From contig JAOUEV010000043.1 in the NCBI GenBank assembly GCA_029858565.1, forward strand, positions 1 to 31,483: DNA of 31,483 nt, in the 5' to 3' direction. The notes beneath the pieces were generated by a model, which did not search any database, had not been told where the DNA came from, and worked only from the letters and a program-made list of their open reading frames with translations. Below, piece after piece: positions 1 through 6,962 of the stretch (position 1 is its first letter; each line of letters begins with the position of its first letter). The position numbers and the translations under genes were made by a program. This DNA comes from Nitrospirota bacterium. GTDB lineage: Bacteria; Nitrospirota; UBA9217.

Positions 1-38
1 CGTACTTTGATCGTCTCGGCGTACCGCGTCTCTCATAG
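1..38 (+). CDS. C-terminal end of group II intron reverse transcriptase/maturase (partial)
   Basis: The frame from base 3 reads YFDRLGVPRLS* (TAG 36-38) just before domain V. This resembles the C-terminus of endonuclease-less class C IEPs. Confidence 0.8.
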   Translation, partial: YFDRLGVPRLS

Positions 39-125
39 CCTCAACTTCTTGAACCGCCCGGTGCGGACCCGCATGCCGGGTGGTGTGGCAGGGGCGCGGC
101 CTTTATGGCCGCCCCCTATGCCGAT
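1..125 (+). mobile_element. 3' end of a group II intron, class C type (end of IEP ORF, domains V and VI)
   Basis: GAACCGCCCGGTGCGGACCCGCATGCCGGGTGGT (51-84) is a short domain V with the CGC catalytic triad typical of IIC introns. A domain VI hairpin GGCAGGGG...CCCCTATGCC with a bulged A follows, ending in AT at 124-125. The 5' part lies outside the window. Confidence 0.9.
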
Positions 126-133
126 CCTGCTGC

Positions 134-161
134 TTGACAATCTCGGCGATATCTATATAAT
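134..161 (+). promoter_or_regulatory. sigma70-type promoter
   Basis: TTGACA (134-139), 16 bp, TATAAT (156-161). Both hexamers are consensus and lie upstream of the four-helix-bundle gene. Confidence 0.7.
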
Positions 162-183
162 CGGGAAAAATGATCAGAAACAA

Positions 184-266
184 AAAAGGGACAGAAGAGA
201 CCTCAAGGACAGCAGGAAGTCTTTGATGTTTTGTTGTCCTTTGTGTCATTTTTGTCCTTTTCGTCC
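184..266. repeat. 9-nt-periodic imperfect inverted repeat
   Basis: Purine-rich arm with GAC at 190, 199 and 208. Pyrimidine-rich arm with GTC at 219, 236, 245, 254 and 263 (GTT at 228). The arms are roughly reverse complements. Confidence 0.75.
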
Positions 267-284
267 ATTGAAGAGGTTTTCCCC

Positions 285-845
285 ATGCCTCACAGCATTC
301 TTCCGCCTCACGGCGGCTACCAGAAACTGCTGTCCTTCAGAAAATCGGAGATCGTCTATGATGCTACGGTCTATTTCTGCGGCCGATTCGTGGACAAGCG
401 CAGCCGAACCCATGACCAGATGATCCAGGCCGCACGGTCGGGAAAACAGAATATCGTTGAAGGCAGCATGGCATCAGGCACGTCCAAGGAGATGGAGATC
501 AAGCTCACGAATGTGGCCCGGGCAAGTCTGGAGGAACTGCTGACGGATTATCGGGATTTCCTGCGACAGAAGAACGCACCCGAATGGCCCAGGGACAGCG
601 CAGAGGTCCGACGCTTGCGGGAGCTGAACAGACTGCCCGATGCTGATTACGAGACCTTCAGGCCGGCTATCGAGCATCCCGATCCAACGATTTCGGCGAA
701 CACCATCATCGGTCTCATCCGCGTGACAAGCTATTTGCTGGACCGGCAGCTCCAGAAGCTGCAAGAGGCGTTTCTGCGGGAAGGCGGCTTGCGGGAACGG
801 ATGACAAAGGCCAGGATCGAGGCCCGGAAGAATCCAGGCAAGTGA
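285..845 (+). CDS. four-helix-bundle protein (23S rRNA IVS/Avd-like fold) with C-terminal suffix domain
   Basis: Motifs GGYQKLLSF, DQMIQAARSGKQNIVEGS, KLTNVARASLEELLTDY and C-terminal FLREGGLRERMT. ATG at 285 follows GAGG; the 231 start would lie inside the repeat. Confidence 0.85.
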   Translation: MPHSILPPHGGYQKLLSFRKSEIVYDATVYFCGRFVDKRSRTHDQMIQAARSGKQNIVEGSMASGTSKEMEIKLTNVARASLEELLTDYRDFLRQKNAPEWPRDSAEVRRLRELNRLPDADYETFRPAIEHPDPTISANTIIGLIRVTSYLLDRQLQKLQEAFLREGGLRERMTKARIEARKNPGK

Positions 846-876
846 GGGTTGTTAGAACGGTAGCATCTGAATAACA

Positions 877-1155
877 GTGAGTTGGTTTGGTCCGACCCCG
901 AATAACCCCACCGAGTTGATCGTTGAAGAAAAAAACTGGGAGCCGTCTCCGCGGCAGTACAGGGAGAATGATCTTGTTCCCGTGTTCATAGGATTTACAG
1001 AAAAGGAACTGCGGAATATCGCAAAGGCGGCTAAGGGCAGGTGGGATCCAGAGGCGAAAGTATGGCGCATCCGATCCGGTATGGGAATAACAAAGGCACG
1101 GAACTGGAAAAGCATCAATATTAGATGCTTTTACCGAAGAGATAATATCTTGTAG
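877..1155 (+). pseudogene. probable 5'-truncated fragment of a small conserved hypothetical protein
   Basis: ELIVEEKNWEP...LVPVFIGFTEKELRNIAKAAKGRWDPEAKVW resembles, from memory, the C-terminal half of a small basic protein family. It has a weak GTG start and no RBS. Confidence 0.4.
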
Positions 1156-1169
1156 ATAGGGAGAATAAA

Positions 1170-1556
1170 ATGAGAACAGTAATTATATCTCTTGCTTGTT
1201 TGTCAGCCATCGGTTGTGCTACGACATTGCCGGTGGTTAACAAAGAGGAAATTAATAAACAAATGACATTGGTCAATGTGAGCGATGGCGTCAATAGAGA
1301 CGAAGCGCTTATACTAGCGAGAAACTATATGGTGAACACCGGATATGACTACGATTGGAACGTCAATAAACCTAAGACTATAGAGGACGCGGGGGATTAT
1401 TGGGCGATAACTTTTCCACCATTAGAAGACGGTTGGGGCTCGGGTAGACGCAAACAATCAGAAATTACATTTCAACATTTGCTTCCTTACTTTGTCCATG
1501 TCACTAAAGCGGATGGCAGCATATCCGTGACGAAAGTCGAAATAAAGAATAAATAA
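1170..1556 (+). CDS. hypothetical lipoprotein
   Basis: RBS GGGAG, signal peptide MRTVIISLACLSAIG-C with a lipobox-like Cys16, and about 43-45% GC in sampled lines. Confidence 0.75.
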   Translation: MRTVIISLACLSAIGCATTLPVVNKEEINKQMTLVNVSDGVNRDEALILARNYMVNTGYDYDWNVNKPKTIEDAGDYWAITFPPLEDGWGSGRRKQSEITFQHLLPYFVHVTKADGSISVTKVEIKNK

Positions 1557-1669
1557 TCGTACAACGCGGGTTCTATTTGATCGGGATTAGTCTCGGCGTT
1601 ATTTCTCAAAAGCTTAATGTTCGGCCAAGTCGATAGATCGGGCTAAACAATGTGAAGCTCGATGACGAT

Positions 1670-1730
1670 GTTCTAACCATTCGGCTCGAGAGGGTCGCGT
1701 AAGCTGCGCCCCTCAGCAGAGCCGTTCATA
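1670..1730 (+). other. attC-like recombination site
   Basis: R'' GTTCTAAC. L'' GCT[C]GAG[A]GGG (1684-1694) pairs with L' CCCCTCAGC (1709-1717) once two extra bases are removed (G and T on the bottom strand). R' GTT is at 1724-1726 and the site is about 60 bp long. Confidence 0.7.
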
Positions 1731-1760
1731 AAAAATGGGCCGCTCCTTTCGGAACGGCCC
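1730..1760 (-). terminator. intrinsic terminator of the marR-CDGSH-doxX operon
   Basis: The minus strand reads GGGCCGTTCC-GAAA-GGAGCGGCCC-ATTTTTT. Confidence 0.85.
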
Positions 1761-1794
1761 GAGCTGTACTGCCACCTGGTTACTTCTCCTCGTA

Positions 1795-2241
1795 CTACTT
1801 CTTGTCCGACAGCAATCCATCCACTGACAGCGCGCCACCGCCTCTGATCATCAGCGCCACGCCGATCACGATTGCGAGCAGGTGAAACTCGTATCCTTCG
1901 CCCTTCTGGTTGCCGAACCAGTTCATGAAGAACCCGTGCTGCAGATGGAGCATCTTGACCGCCACGAGCATGTTCACGGTGACGCCGAAGGCGGCCACGC
2001 GGGTGAAGAGGCCCGTGATCAGGCCGAGCGAGCCCAGGCCCTCTGCCATGATCGCCAGGAACGCGAAGACCGCCGGGATCCCGAACGTTCCGGTAAAGAA
2101 CCCCATGGTGCCCTCAAACCCGTATCCTCCGTACCATCCCAGCAGTTTCTGCATCCCATGGGGAAAGAACACGATTCCCAGCATCAGCCGCAGTATCAGA
2201 ACGACCACGTCGTTATTTGTATTGACCAGCTTCTTGAACAT
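1795..2241 (-). CDS. DoxX family membrane protein
   Basis: LRLMLGIVFFPHGMQKL, GLFTRVAA and GYEFHLL motifs, four hydrophobic segments, RBS AGGAGG. Confidence 0.9.
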   Translation of the reverse strand: MFKKLVNTNNDVVVLILRLMLGIVFFPHGMQKLLGWYGGYGFEGTMGFFTGTFGIPAVFAFLAIMAEGLGSLGLITGLFTRVAAFGVTVNMLVAVKMLHLQHGFFMNWFGNQKGEGYEFHLLAIVIGVALMIRGGGALSVDGLLSDKK

Positions 2242-2272
2242 TTCAACCGCCTCCTTTCGACCACTCCGCCCG

Positions 2273-2491
2273 TCACCGGGCGTGAGACCCGTCGCAATAG
2301 GGCGGGGTCTTGGTGCGGCCGCAGGCGCAGAGCGCTTCTTTTGAGGCGGTCTTGACTTCGAAGGTCACCGGTTCCTTGTCCGTGCCTTTGTGGGAACCGT
2401 CACAGAAAGGCTCCTTCCCGCTCTTTCCGCAGCTGCACCAGTAGTGGGTTCCCGGCTCCAGGTTCACCATGACAGGCAGATTCCTTGGCAT
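2273..2491 (-). CDS. CDGSH iron-sulfur protein with two CDGSH motifs
   Basis: WCSCGKSGKEPFCDGSH and LCACGRTKTPPYCDGSH; RBS AGGAGG. Confidence 0.92.
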   Translation of the reverse strand: MPRNLPVMVNLEPGTHYWCSCGKSGKEPFCDGSHKGTDKEPVTFEVKTASKEALCACGRTKTPPYCDGSHAR

Positions 2492-2552
2492 TGCAGACCT
2501 CCTTGATGCGCAGCGTTATATCATGACGGTCCCTGAGGACCGGTCAGTCGCT

Positions 2553-3005
2553 TTATTCAGTTCTTCCCAGGCCCACCTTTTTGCACAGCCTGCCGAGCTC
2601 TTCCTGCTCCGCCCGTGTCAGAACGCTCAATTCCGCCGTGATCCGCGCGGCATGGCCGGGAAAGAACGACCTGATGAGCTTGGTCCCCGCGGCGGTGATC
2701 GTGACGTAAAAATGCCTGCGGTCATCATCGTCCCGTGACCGTATCACAAGGCCGCGCTGTTCAAGATTATCCACGACCATGGTTATATTGCCCGTGCTCT
2801 TGAGGATCTTCTTCGCCAGGTCCTTCTGATGGAGCGGGCCGAGGTGGTAGAGCGCCTCAAGCACGCCGAACTGGCTTACGGTCAGGTCGATTTCGCTGAA
2901 ACGGCTCTCCACGCGCGAGGACACCGAACCGGCGGCGCGCACGAGCTTGATGAAGGTGTCGAGCGCCCTTACTTCGTCCCTGGTGCCATTGAACTTCGTT
3001 CCCAT
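2553..3005 (-). CDS. MarR family transcriptional regulator
   Basis: LTVSQFGVLEALYHLGPL, STGNITMVVDNLEQRGLV and DDRR wing motif. The ATG at 3005 with upstream GGAG is preferred over 3089. Confidence 0.9.
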   Translation of the reverse strand: MGTKFNGTRDEVRALDTFIKLVRAAGSVSSRVESRFSEIDLTVSQFGVLEALYHLGPLHQKDLAKKILKSTGNITMVVDNLEQRGLVIRSRDDDDRRHFYVTITAAGTKLIRSFFPGHAARITAELSVLTRAEQEELGRLCKKVGLGRTE

Positions 3006-3033
3006 GCGCCGCTCCAAGCAAATCAATATTAAA

Positions 3034-3080
3034 TAGTTTAATCTTGAACTAAATATACCAACGAACGGACCGGTTGTCAA
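3034..3080 (-). promoter_or_regulatory. marR promoter with adjacent palindromic operator
   Basis: On the minus strand: TTGACA (3080-3075), 17 bp, TGn-TATATT (3057-3052). The palindrome TAGTTTAA-TC-TTGAACTA (3034-3051, one mismatch) sits over the expected start site. Confidence 0.7.
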
Positions 3081-3121
3081 GGGGGGCAAGGAAAGGGAGG
3101 AGTGCGTTAGAAGATCTTATT

Positions 3122-3140
3122 TGACACTGAGGACACGGAG
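3122..3140. repeat. GACACTGAG 9-mer tandem, copy 1
   Basis: GACACTGAG-GACACGGAG; 15 bp (3122-3136) are identical to 6613-6627. Confidence 0.6.
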
Positions 3141-3223
3141 AACGCCATGAAACATCAGGTTCTTTTTTTATCTCAAGACCTTTCGCGTCATCAGGGGTGC
3201 TGATCGATGTGTTCTGCCGCCTG

Positions 3224-3982
3224 TCAGAGCGCGCCGCGAAGGCGGTACCAGGTGAGGCTGACATGCTCGGCAATGGCATTTGACGACAGGTCGAGATTTC
3301 CCGCCCGGGGGAAAAGGTTGGTCCACGACGGTGTGCGCGTCTGGGTTCTATAGTCCGTGGGCACGGGGATGACGGTGAACCCCTGCCTGGTGAACATGCC
3401 GGAGGCGCGTTTCATGTGCGAAGCCGAGGTGACCAAGAGGACCTGCTTTTGGCCGATGAGCTCCCGGACGCCCCGGGCGTTCTCCAGCGTGTTCCGGGAC
3501 CGGCTCTCTGCCAGAACGTACTTGCGGTCCAGGCCCAGCCTGATCGCCTGGTCAGCCATGGCATCAGCCTCGCGCAGGGTGCTGCCGTCTATGGCGCCGC
3601 TGCCGCCGCTCATGACGACCGGGAGTTTCAGTTTTCGCGCCAGTTCCACGCCGGCCACCACACGGGCGAGCGTTGCTTCCGTCAGCCCGGGAGGGACTGC
3701 GGCCCAGGAAAGGTCCAGAACTCCTCCGCCCAGCACCACAATGGCCTCTGCTTTGTCCGGGTTTCCCCCAAAAGGCGGGACGCTTGATTCCAAAGGCCGC
3801 ATCAGCATGTCCGCTGCCATGGGGAGGCTCAGCAGGTACAGCAGCAGGACCGCGGCCGCAACGAGGGCCTTGCCTGACGCCGGATGCTTGCGGAGAACAA
3901 AAAGACCAGCCAGCAGCATGACCAGCAGGCTTGCCGGCGGCAGGATAAGCCAGAGGATAACTTTAGTCAGCGCGAATACCAT
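3224..3982 (-). CDS. YdcF/ElyC-like (DUF218) membrane protein
   Basis: N-terminal TM helices, AIVVLGGG, SGG, ESRSRNTLENA and LLVTSASHMKRA. The ATG at 3982 is preferred. Confidence 0.9.
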   Translation of the reverse strand: MVFALTKVILWLILPPASLLVMLLAGLFVLRKHPASGKALVAAAVLLLYLLSLPMAADMLMRPLESSVPPFGGNPDKAEAIVVLGGGVLDLSWAAVPPGLTEATLARVVAGVELARKLKLPVVMSGGSGAIDGSTLREADAMADQAIRLGLDRKYVLAESRSRNTLENARGVRELIGQKQVLLVTSASHMKRASGMFTRQGFTVIPVPTDYRTQTRTPSWTNLFPRAGNLDLSSNAIAEHVSLTWYRLRGAL

Positions 3983-4249
3983 GCACAGGCCTCGATGAGC
4001 GGGAAGTAGGACATGGTAGCAGATTTTTGCAATGAAACAAGGAGAAAAGAGGGGCATGATGGTGCTCATCGCTTATACGATGTTGTCCATTCCGGTGCAG
4101 AAAAACCCCTAACGGCGCGGGTTGTATTGCAGAACTGTCTGTGCGGCTGCATTGCCTTGACGAATGGCCGGAGCTCCGATACACTAAAAGCGTGGACAAT
4201 GCCCGGCCGCGTTGAACGCAAGCGGCCTTACGCTGCAGGGAGAGAACTC

Positions 4250-5080
4250 ATGGATATCACTGCCTCATTCACCACAGTGCAGAACCTGAGACCCGACGAG
4301 GTGCGGACGTGGCTCGAAGAGAAGCGGATCGGCGATTTCACGCTGCTCGATGTACGGCAGCCGGCGGAGCACCAGAACGGCCATATCCCCGGCTCTGTCC
4401 TGATCCCGCTTCCGGAACTTCCCAACAGGATGAGCGAACTGGACAAACGCCGTCCCGTGGTCGCCTACTGCAGGTCGGGCAACCGGAGCCGGTCCGCGGC
4501 ATCGCTCCTTGCTGACGCGGGGATGACGGTCTTCAATATGGAGGGCGGCATGCTGGCCTGGAACGGACAATCTGCCACAGGCCCCGCCGAAGCAGGCCTG
4601 GAACTGGTCAGGGGACGAACAACGCTTGTCCAACTGGCATCGCTCGCCTGGGCACTTGAGGAGGGAGCCGCGCGGTTCTACAGCAAGGTCCTGGAAAGCG
4701 CGGTTGAGGAGAACGTCCGGTCGCTGTTCCGCTCGCTCATCACTGCGGAGGAGGGGCACAAACAGAAGGTGCTCGAGGCGTATGAGCGGTGCGGCGGACG
4801 GGAACGGGTCGGAGCCGGAGCCGCGCAGGGACCGGAAGGCCTGATGGAAGGGGGCTTCTCGATCGACCAGTCGCTGGACTACCTGCGAACGCGGGAGCAT
4901 TCGCTCCGGGACACCCTGGAGGTCTCGATGCAGATCGAGGTGAATTCCCTGGACCTTTACCTGAAGATCATCCGGTGGTCAGGCGTTCCCGAGGTGAAAG
5001 AGATCTTTGCCCTGCTGGTGGACGAGGAGAAAGACCATTTGAAACGTCTGGGCTCCCTCCTGGAGGCCTCGGCGATCTGA
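4250..5080 (+). CDS. rhodanese domain fused to a ferritin/rubrerythrin-like diiron domain
   Basis: LLDVRQPAEHQNGHIPGS and active loop YCRSGNRS, followed by E...EEGH and E...EKDH ligand pairs. ATG 4250 follows GGGAG. Confidence 0.85.
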   Translation: MDITASFTTVQNLRPDEVRTWLEEKRIGDFTLLDVRQPAEHQNGHIPGSVLIPLPELPNRMSELDKRRPVVAYCRSGNRSRSAASLLADAGMTVFNMEGGMLAWNGQSATGPAEAGLELVRGRTTLVQLASLAWALEEGAARFYSKVLESAVEENVRSLFRSLITAEEGHKQKVLEAYERCGGRERVGAGAAQGPEGLMEGGFSIDQSLDYLRTREHSLRDTLEVSMQIEVNSLDLYLKIIRWSGVPEVKEIFALLVDEEKDHLKRLGSLLEASAI

Positions 5081-5144
5081 CCGGAGCGCAGTTCCCGCGC
5101 CATTCCCGCCCGCCGGCTTCCCGGCGTTCCCGGGGAAGAATCCG

Positions 5145-5173
5145 TTGACATCACCGTGGTTGTCTGTTAGGCT
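5145..5173 (+). promoter_or_regulatory. putative sigma70 promoter for the diguanylate cyclase
   Basis: TTGACA (5145-5150), 17 bp, TAGGCT (5168-5173). Confidence 0.5.
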
Positions 5174-5189
5174 ATCGCAAGCGTGCACT

Positions 5190-6593
5190 ATGACCCCGAC
5201 CGATACGAGCAGTTCGGAGCAGCGGCAGGCTCCGAACGAAGATCCGCACAATAGCGCCCCCGCCCCGTTGACCCGCACGAGCATTGCCGCCAAAATGCTC
5301 GCCGGATACGCCATCCTTGCTGTTCTCACGCTGACCGTCGTCAGCTATGTTCTTGTCAGCCTGTTCCAGATCAACCGGCTCAACCTCGGGATCGTGAACG
5401 TCGACATTCCGGTGAGCAAACACGCCGAGGACATGATCAGCGCGCTGCTGGCGCAGAACGGCCATGAAAAGCGCTATGTGATCCTCCGCAGCAAGGATAT
5501 CCTGGGGCTCTACGGGGAGCGGAACGGCGAGTTCGATGATCATCTTGCCGAGCTCCGGCGCATTGCCGGTCATCTCCTTCCATCGCTGGATGTGCTGAGC
5601 GACCTCCATGATAGGCATCGCAATGGTTTCCAGGACATCGTCAAGCTGTTGGAGCAGGGCCGCGTCGACGCCGCGCAGAGGCTGTCGCAGAACACCATGA
5701 ACCGGCTCGTGGACAGGATGCTCGAGATCCTCCGGAAGATCCCCCGCCAGATGCAGGAGCGGCATGATACGAGGATGCATTTGATCCGGGACATCAGCAA
5801 TACAGCGTTCCGGACGGCCCTGGTCCTCTGCCTGGTCACCACGGTGGCAAGCATCATCGCGGCGATGCTCCTGACCTTCTCCATCACCTCATCGATCCGG
5901 CGGCTCCGGGAGGCCACGCAGCTCGTTGCCGAGGGGAACTTCGAGGTGAAACTCCAGACCGACCGGGAGGACGAGGTCGGTGAGCTTGCCCGGGCGTTCG
6001 AGCAGATGACGCGGAGACTGAAGAAACTGGAGGAGATGTACCTTGATGCCAGCCCCCTGACCCGCCTGCCGGGCGGCGTTGCGATCGAACGGGAGATCCA
6101 GGGCCGTCTCGACCGGAAGGAGCAGCTGGCGCTCTGCGTCATGGACCTGGACAACTTCAAGTCCTACAACGACCGGTACGGGTATGAACACGGGAACATT
6201 GTGATCAAGGACGCGGCGCGGATCATCGAGGAGGCGTCCAGGAGCCGGGGCGGGCCCGGTGATTTCGTGGGCCACGTGGGCGGCGATGACTTCGTGGTCG
6301 TGACCACGCCGGACCGGATCAACGACATCTGCAGCGAGGTGATCGCCCGGTTCGACGGCCGCGCGCCGGATTTCTACAATGCCGAGGACCGGGCAGCGGG
6401 GTACATCCTGGGCAAGACGCGCCAGGGCGTGGAGATGCGCTTCCCGCTCGTGACCATCAGCATCGCGGTCGTCACGAACACGCTGCGGTCCTTTGAGTCG
6501 CCCCTGGAGATGGCCGAGGTCGGCGCGGAACTGAAGGAATACGCGAAACAGTTCGCGCGCAGCATCTTCGTGGTGGACAAGCGGCGGAATTGA
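5190..6593 (+). CDS. membrane-bound HAMP-GGDEF diguanylate cyclase
   Basis: Two TM helices around a periplasmic helical domain, HAMP (DEVGELARAFEQM), DLDNFKSYNDRYG and GGDDF. The start is uncertain. Confidence 0.88.
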   Translation: MTPTDTSSSEQRQAPNEDPHNSAPAPLTRTSIAAKMLAGYAILAVLTLTVVSYVLVSLFQINRLNLGIVNVDIPVSKHAEDMISALLAQNGHEKRYVILRSKDILGLYGERNGEFDDHLAELRRIAGHLLPSLDVLSDLHDRHRNGFQDIVKLLEQGRVDAAQRLSQNTMNRLVDRMLEILRKIPRQMQERHDTRMHLIRDISNTAFRTALVLCLVTTVASIIAAMLLTFSITSSIRRLREATQLVAEGNFEVKLQTDREDEVGELARAFEQMTRRLKKLEEMYLDASPLTRLPGGVAIEREIQGRLDRKEQLALCVMDLDNFKSYNDRYGYEHGNIVIKDAARIIEEASRSRGGPGDFVGHVGGDDFVVVTTPDRINDICSEVIARFDGRAPDFYNAEDRAAGYILGKTRQGVEMRFPLVTISIAVVTNTLRSFESPLEMAEVGAELKEYAKQFARSIFVVDKRRN

Positions 6594-6612
6594 GTTGCCG
6601 AAAGAGTATTTC

Positions 6613-6631
6613 TGACACTGAGGACACTGAA
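6613..6631. repeat. GACACTGAG 9-mer tandem, copy 2
   Basis: GACACTGAG-GACACTGAA. Confidence 0.6.
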
Positions 6632-6650
6632 AAACAGACCTCCGCGGTGC

Positions 6651-6678
6651 TGTCATCCCGGCGCAGGCGGGAATCCGG
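6651..6678. repeat. REP/dRS3-like palindromic unit
   Basis: TGTCATCCCGGCGCAGGCGGGAATCCGG is a near match to the widespread GTCATTCCCGCGnAnGCGGGAATCC hairpin motif. Confidence 0.7.
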
Positions 6679-6728
6679 AATAAGCCTCCCCGAATAATCA
6701 GAAACCAAAGCAGGATCAAAATGCTGTC

Positions 6729-6816
6729 TCGCGCAAAGCCGCCAAGCCGCCAAGAAAGACAAATAAAAAACGTTCCGGTCTTAAGGTTTCCTTTGCGCCT
6801 TTGCGGCTTTGCGCGA
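6729..6816. repeat. 8-nt-periodic long inverted repeat
   Basis: Left arm TCGCGCAAAGCCGCCAAGCCGCCAAG and right arm CTTTGCGCCTTTGCGGCTTTGCGCGA. The outer 14 bp are perfectly complementary around an AT-rich loop. Confidence 0.85.
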
Positions 6817-6962
6817 AAATAACGCCGTTGGGTAGTCTTTCATTACAAAGGGGAGGATCCTCCGATCCCCGGCAGGGTCATTCAGAGAAGACGGCATCGT
6901 TCCACTGATCGCTGTCGGTTTTTCAGCGTCCTTAGTGTCGAAAAGGATTGGTGCGGCGGGTC

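Larger units (their letters stand above)
852..1724 (+). mobile_element. putative integron gene cassette (solo; no integrase in window)
   Basis: Begins at G|TTAGAAC (851-858), the exact reverse complement of GTTCTAAC (1670-1677) in the downstream attC-like site. The cargo is lower in GC than its flanks. Confidence 0.6.

Noticed and set aside
184-266. CRISPR array
   Set aside because: There are no 23-47 bp repeats with unique spacers here or elsewhere in the window, and no cas genes.
7-423. 138-aa ORF
   Set aside because: It is a translation of intron DV/DVI, the promoter and the repeat, and it overlaps the real gene in another frame.
1-845. Diversity-generating retroelement (RT plus Avd-like gene)
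   Set aside because: The RT end is followed by group II intron DV/DVI, and I saw no TR/VR pair differing at adenines.
882-909. TTGGTCCGACCCC as a RAYT/REP end
   Set aside because: It is a single short motif with no partner and no transposase in the window.
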